Source of the DNA: an uncultured Nitrospiraceae bacterium
GTDB taxonomy: Bacteria; Nitrospirota; Thermodesulfovibrionia; Thermodesulfovibrionales; Dissulfurispiraceae
Length of the DNA stretch: 64,000 nucleotides
Reading direction: 5' to 3'
Assembly (NCBI GenBank): GCA_963727805.1
Contig: CAVSHF010000003.1
Coordinates: 896,001 to 960,000, forward strand
The position numbers were made by a program, and so were the translations under genes. Shown in pieces: positions 1 through 9,091 of this stretch. Every line of letters starts with the position of its first letter. The first letter of the stretch is position 1. The notes beneath the pieces are model-generated. The model was not told the DNA's origin. It did no database searches and worked only from the letters and a program-made list of their open reading frames with translations.

Positions 1-231
1 ATTTCTGAACAATACGATGAAAAGTGCTCCACGGGAGAACGTCCATAATCTGAGCAAAAAGGGTCTTGCCTGTATTCATTGGTGCCTCCGGAACAACATG
101 TTCCGAAACCATCACTGATATGCAGATGCAATTTCAAATCGACACCACCTTTTTTGCTCAGATTGCGATTGTTAATCATATGCTTATGGGCTGCTTATTC
201 ATTTTTAACCGGACACTAATGATATTTAGCT

Positions 232-259
232 AATAATCAGACTAATCAGTCTGATTATT
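232..259. repeat. Perfect 12-bp inverted repeat AATAATCAGACT-aatc-AGTCTGATTATT
   Basis: Read directly; intergenic; function unknown. Confidence 0.7.
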
Positions 260-725
260 GTTGACGTGCAACAAAACCTGTAGTATTTCTATTTAGCTAG
301 TAAACGGCTGTCACAACAGTTCTTTCGTGGTTGACAACAGTGCTACAGGGAAATGACGGAAAATCTCTGCAAGACATAGGCCTGTCTGACCGTCGAGATA
401 TTTTACATCAGCGTACTCGCCTGTTAAGACGTAAACCTATTGCTTCATCACAAATTATATCTACCTGCGCATTGCCCTTATCTTAGCGGTGTTTTATCAT
501 GGCTCTAATTGCAAGGATAGTCAGCATTGCAAATGAGCATTTAACTGAATATTTCGTCCCATTTTATTTATAGCAATTTTAGCGGTTCCACGAATAAATA
601 TGCAAAAATAAGATGAGATGAAAACTGCGTATTTAGGCGTGAAGTATGCTAAATGCGTTAACTGTGTTGCTGTGTCGTGGTGTCCGTACACGTGATTCGT
701 TATGCATTCCTTTTGCTACAGGTAT

Positions 726-1361
726 TTATTCTTGGATGGAGCGTTCCTTTGTTTTTCTTCTCCTTTGGATATTTCGATAAAGAAAGAACCCGGTGATGCA
801 ACTAACCATCATGAAGAAAATTAAATACTCATTTCTGCTAATGTCAATTCCTATATCTTTCAGACTGTGGCCACCCACATAGCCTATTGAAACCCACAAT
901 GCAATGGTGACGGTGACAGTACAGGCATCTGTTAATAAGAATTTCAATGGATGCATCTTCATGATGCCGGAGACAATAAATATCTGAACCCTTATCCCGA
1001 TTATGTGCCTACCGAACAAGATAACCCAACTACCTTTTTTCTTGAATTGGTTTTCAAGTTCGGTGAGTTTTTCAGGAGATAGAAACCTATGAAACCATCT
1101 GTGGCAGACAACCATGCGACCATATTTTCTGCCAAAAGAATAGATCATAAAATCTGCTATTAGGACTCCCATATAAACAACAAACAAAGCAGGCAAGATT
1201 TGTACCGATTTGGCTTGAATTAAGAAACCACACAGAATAAATATAGCATCTTCAGGGAAAAAGGGGACTCCCATGCCGCCGAGAATCAATAAGACAAAAA
1301 GCCAAATATAGGGGGAAGTTTCTATAAGGGAATCTATTATTTGGTAAATTCCTTCAAACAT
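726..1361 (-). CDS. dedA: DedA/SNARE-associated family membrane protein
   Basis: GVPFFPED, YSFGRKYG and FGRHIIGIR motifs; hydrophobic helices. Confidence 0.9.
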   Translation of the reverse strand: MFEGIYQIIDSLIETSPYIWLFVLLILGGMGVPFFPEDAIFILCGFLIQAKSVQILPALFVVYMGVLIADFMIYSFGRKYGRMVVCHRWFHRFLSPEKLTELENQFKKKGSWVILFGRHIIGIRVQIFIVSGIMKMHPLKFLLTDACTVTVTIALWVSIGYVGGHSLKDIGIDISRNEYLIFFMMVSCITGFFLYRNIQRRRKTKERSIQE

Positions 1362-1964
1362 GGTTTGCCGCCTATGGTTTTATTATACCCAAATCTATTT
1401 TGAGCAGTACGTCTTATCCCCACCGTAGGCTTATAGGTCACGTTGGTAAGCAGAGGTACATTACAGTTGCCGACAGCCTTATGGACGTTTAATTCTAAAA
1501 TAACAAATGGGTGTGATGGGTTGTAGCAGGCATTGACCACAGTAAGTACTGTTGCAGTAAGACCCGTCTTCAAGACTTTGCATCTTTCGCCCCGTACTGG
1601 TTTATGGCCATTTTGGAGGGTGCACTTACAACAGAGATTTATGAGAAAACTAAGAGAAATGAAGAGCAGTTTGAAAATTATCGCAGCTGTATTCTGCCCG
1701 CGAATTGATAAAATGATATCCCCCCATCTGGTATGCTCAGGCACTAACAAACGCCCAATATAATCATTTCGGGTTTTCCGCGCAATACTTTAATTATTCA
1801 ACGTGATAAGTATGGCTCTGTGGAATATGTGAATTGGCCGCCATTTAACTTCAGGAAGCGGTTGAAGCAGGGAGTTTCGCGATTCGCAGACACCAAACAT
1901 GCCCTTTAGACCACAAATACTTTAATCCACCGAAGCTGAGCCACGGCCTAGAAGCTTCCCTCTA

Positions 1965-1991
1965 TAAAGTACTGTATATAATTCCCGATAA
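1965..1991 (+). promoter_or_regulatory. Sigma-28 (FliA)-type promoter upstream of cheW
   Basis: TAAA-N15-CCCGATAA vs consensus TAAA-N15-GCCGATAA, ahead of a chemotaxis gene. Confidence 0.7.
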
Positions 1992-2183
1992 TAAGTCATA
2001 CGCGTTCCACCAATGCCGTCCTGGGAGGACCATCATGTCTAGTGCTCAGTGGCGCTGCAGATGGAGGCAGGTCCACGTGACTTTCATTTATTTGAATATA
2101 GTGAAGCCCCTGAAATGTTTTGTCTTGTCGCTACTTAAAAAAGATTGCTAAAATTTTACTGAGACTTAATGGGGAGGAGTATA

Positions 2184-2675
2184 GTGGAAACAACGAGGAC
2201 TTCGAACGAATTGCTTCAATTAGTTACTTTTACGCTCAATGCTACCGAATATGCACTGGACATTCACGGCATTCAAGAGGTCAATAGGATGGGACAAATT
2301 ACTCCGTTGCCTGATTCTGCCAAGTGTATCGAGGGGATCATTAATCTCAGAGGTAAAATCGTGCCTATAATCAACCTGAGATCAAAATTTGGTCTTGAAT
2401 CGCAGATCGATGCTAGCCAATCGAGAATAATCGTAGTTGAGGCTGGCAGAACTGTCGGCATGATTGTGGATTCCGTCTCAGAGGTATTGCGCATATCGCC
2501 AGATATGATCGAAGCACCGCCGGATATTGCCGTTGAAGGTACATCACGATACCTGACCGGCATTATAAAATTGCCTGACCGACTCATCAGCATGCTGGAT
2601 ATTGGTGAGTTAATAGGCAGCGACAAGATGCAGCCTTTATCTTTGACGTATAACGAGTCTTCATTGGTACAATAA
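2184..2675 (+). CDS. cheW: Chemotaxis coupling protein CheW
   Basis: LQLVTF, GIINLRGKIVPIINLR, GMIVDSVSEV; GTG at 2184 chosen because GGAGG lies at 2173-2177 (ORF track starts 2169). Confidence 0.92.
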   Translation: METTRTSNELLQLVTFTLNATEYALDIHGIQEVNRMGQITPLPDSAKCIEGIINLRGKIVPIINLRSKFGLESQIDASQSRIIVVEAGRTVGMIVDSVSEVLRISPDMIEAPPDIAVEGTSRYLTGIIKLPDRLISMLDIGELIGSDKMQPLSLTYNESSLVQ

Positions 2676-2856
2676 GTGGAGATTGCAAATCTGAAGACGA
2701 AGAGGAATCGACAAAGCATTCAATCAGTATTGGGTTAAAGGCGGCGGACAGAACTGTCGATCTGAGTAATACATGATACAATAATTATCAAGGAGTGACA
2801 AAACAAAAAATAAAAAAAAATTTACTTGTTTTATATATTTCTAAACTAAAACAAAT

Positions 2857-2874
2857 CCCCCCCCACCCCCCCCC
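2857..2874. repeat. C8-A-C9 homopolymer tract upstream of hybrid kinase
   Basis: Read directly. Confidence 0.85.
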
Positions 2875-2955
2875 TAGCTGCCAAAAGGTAATTTTATTGA
2901 TAAGTACCTTTGTATTAGGTAAAACACGGAGCTCTATCTAGTAGTAAAGTGAACT

Positions 2956-5900
2956 ATGCCCAATAACCCGAAAACCAGTCAGGATTACACCAACGAGGAA
3001 CTTCAGCAGAAATTTGCCGAAGTGACTTCCCTTAATTCTGCATTTCAGGCCATAACAGCAAGTCTAGACATGGCTCACGTTATCGATACCGCCCTTGACC
3101 AGATCCTAGCTACAGCGAAGCCCGATTTTGCAATGGTGTTTCTGAGGAGTGGGAATGAACTCAGCGTTACGGGAAGTCGCCATAGAGATTCCTCCCACGT
3201 TTCTTTACAGATGCCAGTCCACATAGTTGGAAAGTGTCTATGCGGGCTTGCTGTTTCTGAAGGCCGTCCGATCTACTCATTCGACATACATAATGATCTA
3301 CGCTGCGTCTGGAATGAGTGCAAGAATTATGGCATTCAGTCAGCTGCATCACTTCCTCTTCAAATCCGCGGGGACATTATTGGCGTTCTGACTATCGCCT
3401 CTCTAGTGCCTAGAGACTTTTCGCAGCGAAGGGAATTTCTGGAGATGATCGCTGGCCAGATTGCTGTCGGTATTAATAATGCCCAGCTGTATGAACGAAT
3501 CCAAAAACAGGCGGCCATCCAGCAGGAGCTTATTATTGAAAAGGATCGGCTACAGGCGGATCTCCTAACGAATGAGAAACGTTTCAGACAAGTGGCTGAG
3601 AGCACAGGCGTATGGATTTGGGAAGTGGACACTGATGGAATATATCAATATGCCAGTCCTGAAGTTCAAAAAATTCTTGGGTATTCTGTTGGTGAAATTG
3701 TCGGTGAAAAGTATTTCTATGATCTTTATGACCCAGACCTGCGAGAAGAGTTAAAGACGGCAGCATTTGAAGTTTTCGCTCGAAAGGAACCTTTCAGAGG
3801 GTTTTTAAATCCGACCGTCCACAAAGATGGCAGGATAGTCATGCTGGAGACTAGTGGCCTACCAATACTTGATGCGCAAAGCACACTCATAGGGTACCGT
3901 GGCTCGGCTCTTGATATCACAGAACGCAAGATGACTGAAGAGGCTCTTCGACGCACTCAGTTTTCTGTTGATCGGGCCCGCGAGGCCGTATTTCTGGTTA
4001 AATCGGACGCAGGATTGGCCTATGTTAATGATACTGCCTGCCGTTCTCTGGGGTATACAAAAGAAGAACTTCTGACCATGACCGTGTTTGATTTTGACCC
4101 AGAGTTCCCCAGAGATCAATGGGAGGAAATTTGGGTCAGAAATAGCGGAGTTGAATCCTATTTGACTGAAACCGTACATAAAACTAAGGATGGGCGTATC
4201 TTTCCTGTTGAATTAGTTGCCAATCCTCTTGTATTTGGCGGGAAGGAATATCGTGTTGTGTATGCCCGAGATATCACGGAACGCAAGCAGGCAGAAAAAG
4301 CACTTCGGGAGGGTGAGCGAAAGTATCGTGAACTCGTCGAGAATGCAAACAGCATTATTTTGAGGTGGGATCGGGAAGGTCGAATAACTTTCATGAATGA
4401 ATTTGGACTGCGCTTTTTTGGCTTTTCGACTGATGAGGTCATTGGGCATCATGTCATAGGCACTGTTGTCCCCTTGAACGAAACAAGCGGACGTGATATG
4501 CGGTCGCTGATGGATCAGATCTGTGCTAATCCGAAGGAATTTGAGCGTAATATAAATGAAAATGTCCGTAAAAGCGGTGAGAGGGTCTGGATAGACTGGA
4601 CCAACAAGACTGTACTCGATGCTAAAGGGCAGCTCATCGAGATTCTGAGCGTTGGCTCTGATATTACCGAGCGCAGGAAGCTGGAAGAACGCCTTACCAG
4701 ACTCAACAAATGTTTGCTGAGTTTCGGAGCCGATCCCATCGAAAATATCAACAAATTAGTGAGGTTGTGCGGAGAGCAGTTAGCCGCAACATGTGCTCTA
4801 TACAATAGGTTGGATGAAGGGATATTATACTCACTCGGCCAATGGAATACTCCGCCTGGTTTTCTTTTTAAGAATACTCCGGAAGGACACATTTGCTACG
4901 ACGTTATCCGGGACTCTTTATCAGAAGTTAAGGTCATGCGCAATCTCCACGAAACGCTCTATGCGACAACTGATCCGAATATACTTCTATATGGGTTGAA
5001 GACGTACATTGGGAAAGCCGTATCGTTCGGGAAAGAGCCGCACGGTTCACTTTGCGTCGTGTATCAGTCAGATCAGTATTTCACTGATAAAGATAAGGCA
5101 TTCCTGGAAATCGTAGCATCGGCCATCGGGGTTGAGGAAATGCGCAGGGAAGCAGAGAAGTCGCTCATTGAGAGCGAGCAACGCTTTAAAACGCTGGTTG
5201 AAGCATCTTTTGAAGGGATTGCATTGTCAGACTGTGGAGTTTTCGTGGATGTAAGCGATCGACTGGCAAGAATGCTTGGTTATGAACGCAATGAACTCAT
5301 TGGGAAAGCCGTCTTGCAAGTGGTATCTCCTGAGCGTCACGCTATAGTTGAACATTCGATCAAAAATGGTCTTATTGAACCTCTTGAGCATTTTATGCTC
5401 AGGAAAGATGGGACCGTCTTTCCGGCAGAAATACGGCTGAAAATGATACAGGTCGGAGGCCGAGATTTGCGGATGTCTGCAATCCGCGATATTACTGAAC
5501 ACAAGCAGGCGGAAAAGGAAAAAGCTAAGCTTGAATCACAATTACTGCAAGCTCAAAAGATGGAGGCAGTGGGTCAGCTTGCTGGCGGGATAGCCCATGA
5601 CTTTAATAATATTCTTACTGCGATTATAGGCTATGGATCGCTTCTTCAGACGAAATTAAACGATGACACTCTCTTGAGAGACTACATCAAAGAAATACTG
5701 GATGCTGCTAATAGAGCGACCGAAGTCGCCAGAAGCCTTCTTGCCTTCAGCAGAAAGCAAATAATGGATACCAGGCCTATCGACATAAATGACATTGTCC
5801 GACGCATGAATAAATTACTTTCCAGGCTCATCGGTGAAGATATCGAAATAAGTACCGTGTTGGCCAGCAAAAAAATCCTCTGTATGGTTGATACCGGTCA

Positions 5901-6678
5901 GATAGAACAGGTGCTCATGAATCTCACAACTAATGCCAGGGACGCGATGCCCAATGGGGGTAGGCTCATCTTACGTACGGAAGTTGTTGAAGTGGATGAT
6001 TCCCTCATCCAGAATCTTGGCTACGGTAAGCCGGGAAAGTATGCGCTTCTTTCCGTATCGGACACCGGTATTGGGATAAAACAAGAAAATATGGCGAAGA
6101 TCTTCGACCCCTTTTTTACTACCAAGAAGACTGGGAAGGGCACAGGTCTCGGGCTGGCTATGGTATACGGAATTATTAAGCAGCACGGAGGATATATCAA
6201 TGTCTACAGTGAACCCGACAAAGGAGCTATCTTTAGGATATATCTTCCGGCAACTCAGACAAAAGAAGAACTCCTCGTTAATAGATCTATCGAAACGCCA
6301 CTGACAGGCGGCACTGAAACCGTCCTTGTGGCAGAAGATGATGAGAAATTGCGCAAACTCTCAGAAATCGTCCTCACACAAAATGGTTATAAAGTGATTC
6401 TTGCACGAGATGGGGAACAGGCAGTACAAAAGTTTATCGAATATAAGGATAGAATTCAGCTTGTCATCATCGACATGATCATGCCTAAGAAAAGCGGTAA
6501 AGATACGTACGAAGAAATAAAAGCAATCAGACCTGACATAAAGGTACTATTTTCAAGTGGATATACTGGGGATCGGATTGAAAGCTTATTTTTTGGTAAG
6601 GAAGACTTGCATTTCATTAACAAGCCGGTCTCACCCAAGGATCTACTGAGAAAGGTGAGAGAAGTACTGGATAATTGA
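2956..6678 (+). CDS. Hybrid sensor histidine kinase (GAF, multiple PAS, GAF, PAS, HisKA, HATPase, REC)
   Basis: DITERK PAS ends, [13 protein letters not shown]-box, NARDAM N-box, GTGLGL G2-box, LVAEDD/DMIMP/KP receiver. Confidence 0.95.
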   Translation: MPNNPKTSQDYTNEELQQKFAEVTSLNSAFQAITASLDMAHVIDTALDQILATAKPDFAMVFLRSGNELSVTGSRHRDSSHVSLQMPVHIVGKCLCGLAVSEGRPIYSFDIHNDLRCVWNECKNYGIQSAASLPLQIRGDIIGVLTIASLVPRDFSQRREFLEMIAGQIAVGINNAQLYERIQKQAAIQQELIIEKDRLQADLLTNEKRFRQVAESTGVWIWEVDTDGIYQYASPEVQKILGYSVGEIVGEKYFYDLYDPDLREELKTAAFEVFARKEPFRGFLNPTVHKDGRIVMLETSGLPILDAQSTLIGYRGSALDITERKMTEEALRRTQFSVDRAREAVFLVKSDAGLAYVNDTACRSLGYTKEELLTMTVFDFDPEFPRDQWEEIWVRNSGVESYLTETVHKTKDGRIFPVELVANPLVFGGKEYRVVYARDITERKQAEKALREGERKYRELVENANSIILRWDREGRITFMNEFGLRFFGFSTDEVIGHHVIGTVVPLNETSGRDMRSLMDQICANPKEFERNINENVRKSGERVWIDWTNKTVLDAKGQLIEILSVGSDITERRKLEERLTRLNKCLLSFGADPIENINKLVRLCGEQLAATCALYNRLDEGILYSLGQWNTPPGFLFKNTPEGHICYDVIRDSLSEVKVMRNLHETLYATTDPNILLYGLKTYIGKAVSFGKEPHGSLCVVYQSDQYFTDKDKAFLEIVASAIGVEEMRREAEKSLIESEQRFKTLVEASFEGIALSDCGVFVDVSDRLARMLGYERNELIGKAVLQVVSPERHAIVEHSIKNGLIEPLEHFMLRKDGTVFPAEIRLKMIQVGGRDLRMSAIRDITEHKQAEKEKAKLESQLLQAQKMEAVGQLAGGIAHDFNNILTAIIGYGSLLQTKLNDDTLLRDYIKEILDAANRATEVARSLLAFSRKQIMDTRPIDINDIVRRMNKLLSRLIGEDIEISTVLASKKILCMVDTGQIEQVLMNLTTNARDAMPNGGRLILRTEVVEVDDSLIQNLGYGKPGKYALLSVSDTGIGIKQENMAKIFDPFFTTKKTGKGTGLGLAMVYGIIKQHGGYINVYSEPDKGAIFRIYLPATQTKEELLVNRSIETPLTGGTETVLVAEDDEKLRKLSEIVLTQNGYKVILARDGEQAVQKFIEYKDRIQLVIIDMIMPKKSGKDTYEEIKAIRPDIKVLFSSGYTGDRIESLFFGKEDLHFINKPVSPKDLLRKVREVLDN

Positions 6679-6761
6679 CATCCTCCACGGTCTGAATACC
6701 GAGGCTTCCCGTCTCATACAGCAAGTTGAGACCTTAATTCATGTTTCTTAGAGTGGCCTGA
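6675..6761 (-). mobile_element. IS200/IS605-family right-end relic, copy 1 (TnpB reRNA-like)
   Basis: Minus strand ends ...GGAAGCCTCGGTATTCAGACCGTGGAGGATGTCAA (subterminal hairpin + TCAA); aligns with copies at 13206 and 56857. Confidence 0.75.
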
Positions 6762-6878
6762 TGAAGCGGCCGAGATGCTGAAAGATACATATTATTCTTT
6801 TTATTAAGGAGCAAAGGACGTTCCGGATAAAAAATACGGCCAACATTAGAGCAGTCAGTGCCGTATGCAGAATACTTA

Positions 6879-8171
6879 TTAGAACCTGTATGTAATGCTT
6901 AGCGAGGCAATATGCAGATGAGACTTATACTCGCCGTTGGCAGCTGTCGTTGCATTGAAAGTGCCATCGTTGGGGTTGTCGTCGATGGTATTATTTTTTG
7001 TACGCTTTTGAAGGATTTGATATCCATATCCTGCTGCAAGACTCAGAGATTTCAGCTTTATCTCACTTCCGATCGTAAAGAGATGACCATCTGAATCGGG
7101 GATCGCTGGCTCAAACGTACTCGCCGGAACCGCACCGCGTTGATAAAGATATCCGCCGAGAAGAGCAACAGGCTTTGTCAGTTGGTATTTTAGGCCGATC
7201 ATGCCAGACCACGTATCGCGCCAATTCCGTTCCGAAATAACATCAGAACTGCCGACCACGGGTTGGCCCAACTGCAGGTCGAGTTGCTTGAACAATGACC
7301 ACTGCTCCCATCGTGTTGCAATCTCGAAAGTTAAAGGATAAAGCTGTTTAAAATAAATACCGGCATATGCTTGGGCAGGAAGGTCCAGCTTTGTAGTTGC
7401 GGATGTATTTGGAAACAACGGCCCGAGTATTGGAGCAACGGCGGCAGGGATGCCAAAGGTTACATTCCCATCGAGATCTGTACGAACTCTACTGCGATAG
7501 GAAAGGCCAATATTCACGTCTTTGGTCGGCTCTAATAAAAGACCGGCGTTAAATCCGAGACCGGAGCCAGTAGCATGGAATTTCTGGGTGCCGTCCGGCA
7601 GCGCAAGTCCTGGTACTGAGAAGTTAAGATGACGTTCAAGAGTCGTGTCCACATACATATAAACCAACCCGCCAGCCACTGTGATCCATGGAGCAAGACA
7701 AACCGATGCAACCGGATTAAAGGCAATGCTGGTCAATTTCGAATTTGTGGCGATATAACGACCTTCCCAGTTATCGGGCCATTTTGTCCCCAATCCAAAT
7801 GGACTAAAAACCCCAAATCCTACGCTGAATTTGTCATTCACAGCTTGGGTGACGTAGAAGGTTGACGGAAAGAAGACCTGTGACTCTGTTTTTGTGGTCT
7901 GTCCTGTCAAAGCACTTTTAAACTCTCGTGTGGGGCTGATAAGCGTTGTTTCGGCCTCAACCTGGGTACCCGTCAATTGATTGATGAGTGACGGATTATA
8001 GAAGATGGCAGAGGGATTATCCGAATGCGCTATAGTTGCCGCAGCTTGCGCTGTGCTAGAACTGTCCTGTGTGAAGATGCCGAACCCTGAACTGAACGAG
8101 TCGGTGACACTAATTGCGAGCACCGACACTATGATCAAGATCAGAATTGTTATACGATGTCTTTTTGTCAT
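6879..8171 (-). CDS. fadL: OmpP1/FadL family outer-membrane long-chain fatty acid/hydrophobic compound transporter
   Basis: Signal peptide, DNPSAIFYNP hatch motif, SPFGLGTKW, IPDSD, C-terminal YRF. Confidence 0.9.
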   Translation of the reverse strand: MTKRHRITILILIIVSVLAISVTDSFSSGFGIFTQDSSSTAQAAATIAHSDNPSAIFYNPSLINQLTGTQVEAETTLISPTREFKSALTGQTTKTESQVFFPSTFYVTQAVNDKFSVGFGVFSPFGLGTKWPDNWEGRYIATNSKLTSIAFNPVASVCLAPWITVAGGLVYMYVDTTLERHLNFSVPGLALPDGTQKFHATGSGLGFNAGLLLEPTKDVNIGLSYRSRVRTDLDGNVTFGIPAAVAPILGPLFPNTSATTKLDLPAQAYAGIYFKQLYPLTFEIATRWEQWSLFKQLDLQLGQPVVGSSDVISERNWRDTWSGMIGLKYQLTKPVALLGGYLYQRGAVPASTFEPAIPDSDGHLFTIGSEIKLKSLSLAAGYGYQILQKRTKNNTIDDNPNDGTFNATTAANGEYKSHLHIASLSITYRF

Positions 8172-8266
8172 GGTCCCCCCCTTGGCAGTGCAAATTTATA
8201 CCGCATTGCTAAAAAGCGTGCTGAGGTATTATATTCTATATCGACAAGTTAACGAAATTCTTTACC

Positions 8267-9091
8267 GTGGAGGAGCGGGTGACGTCTAAGATTACTGGAT
8301 ATCTGATGGAAAGTTGTGACGAGGCTATAAGGCTGGACAAAAAAACCGAGGAGACCGTTGTTGAAAAGCAAGCTACTTGGGCTGGCTTGAAGTCCGGAAT
8401 GAGTGTTGCCGATGTGTGCTGTGGCTCCGGGAAGACTACGTCGGTTCTTCACAGGATCGTTTGCCCAACTGGTCAAGCCATTGGAATAGATGCCTCAGAG
8501 CAAAGAATTGCATATGCCCGCAAACACTATGGAAAAGCGCGACTTGATTTTGTCTGCAGGGATATCAAAGGACCTGTAGCGGATATCGGCAAATTTGATC
8601 TTGTGTGGGTAAGATTCGCCCTTGAATATTTCCGCGAGGAAGCCTTTGACTTAGTCAGCAATATCTCGTCCCTTGTCCGGCCAGGGGGCATCTTGTGCCT
8701 AATCGATCTTGATCACAACTGCCTTAATCATTATCAGATGCCGGAGAGGCTGGAGCGGACCGTATTTGATATATCTAGACAACTCACGATGAAGGCGAAC
8801 TTTGATCCGTACTCCGGCAGGAAACTTTATTCACACTTATATCGTCTCGGGTATGCAGATATTGAGGTCGATATCGGTGCTCACCATTTAATTGTAGGGG
8901 AACTCAAAGAGCACGAGGCTTATAACTGGCTGAAAAAGGTGGAAATGATATTCCACAAATTAAACTATAGCTTTCCAGAATATCCAGGTGGACATCAAGA
9001 ATTTCATGATGAGTTTTGGAGTTTCTTCATGGCTCCAGAGAGGTTTACGTATACCCCGATTATTTGTTGCCGGGGTAGACGTCCGGAATAG
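8267..9091 (+). CDS. Class I SAM-dependent methyltransferase
   Basis: VADVCCGSGK motif I, GIDAS, FDLVWVRF, VRPGGILCL. Confidence 0.9.
   Translation: MEERVTSKITGYLMESCDEAIRLDKKTEETVVEKQATWAGLKSGMSVADVCCGSGKTTSVLHRIVCPTGQAIGIDASEQRIAYARKHYGKARLDFVCRDIKGPVADIGKFDLVWVRFALEYFREEAFDLVSNISSLVRPGGILCLIDLDHNCLNHYQMPERLERTVFDISRQLTMKANFDPYSGRKLYSHLYRLGYADIEVDIGAHHLIVGELKEHEAYNWLKKVEMIFHKLNYSFPEYPGGHQEFHDEFWSFFMAPERFTYTPIICCRGRRPE

Noticed and set aside
75..110. TGGTGCCTCCGG reads as a tRNA-like 3' end (…GGCACCA) on the minus strand; possible att site
   Set aside because: No T-loop (GTTCRA) or cloverleaf adjacent; the match is too short
656..705. attC-like GCATAAC…GTTAACG downstream of dedA
   Set aside because: Only 50 nt, spacers non-canonical, and no complementary cassette start upstream of dedA
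1337..1763. Overlapping ORFs 1337-1750 (-) and 1533-1763 (+); scraps such as GCDG and AILEGALTT hint at a decayed hydrogenase small-subunit-like gene
   Set aside because: Needs several frameshifts and motifs are too short to support without a search
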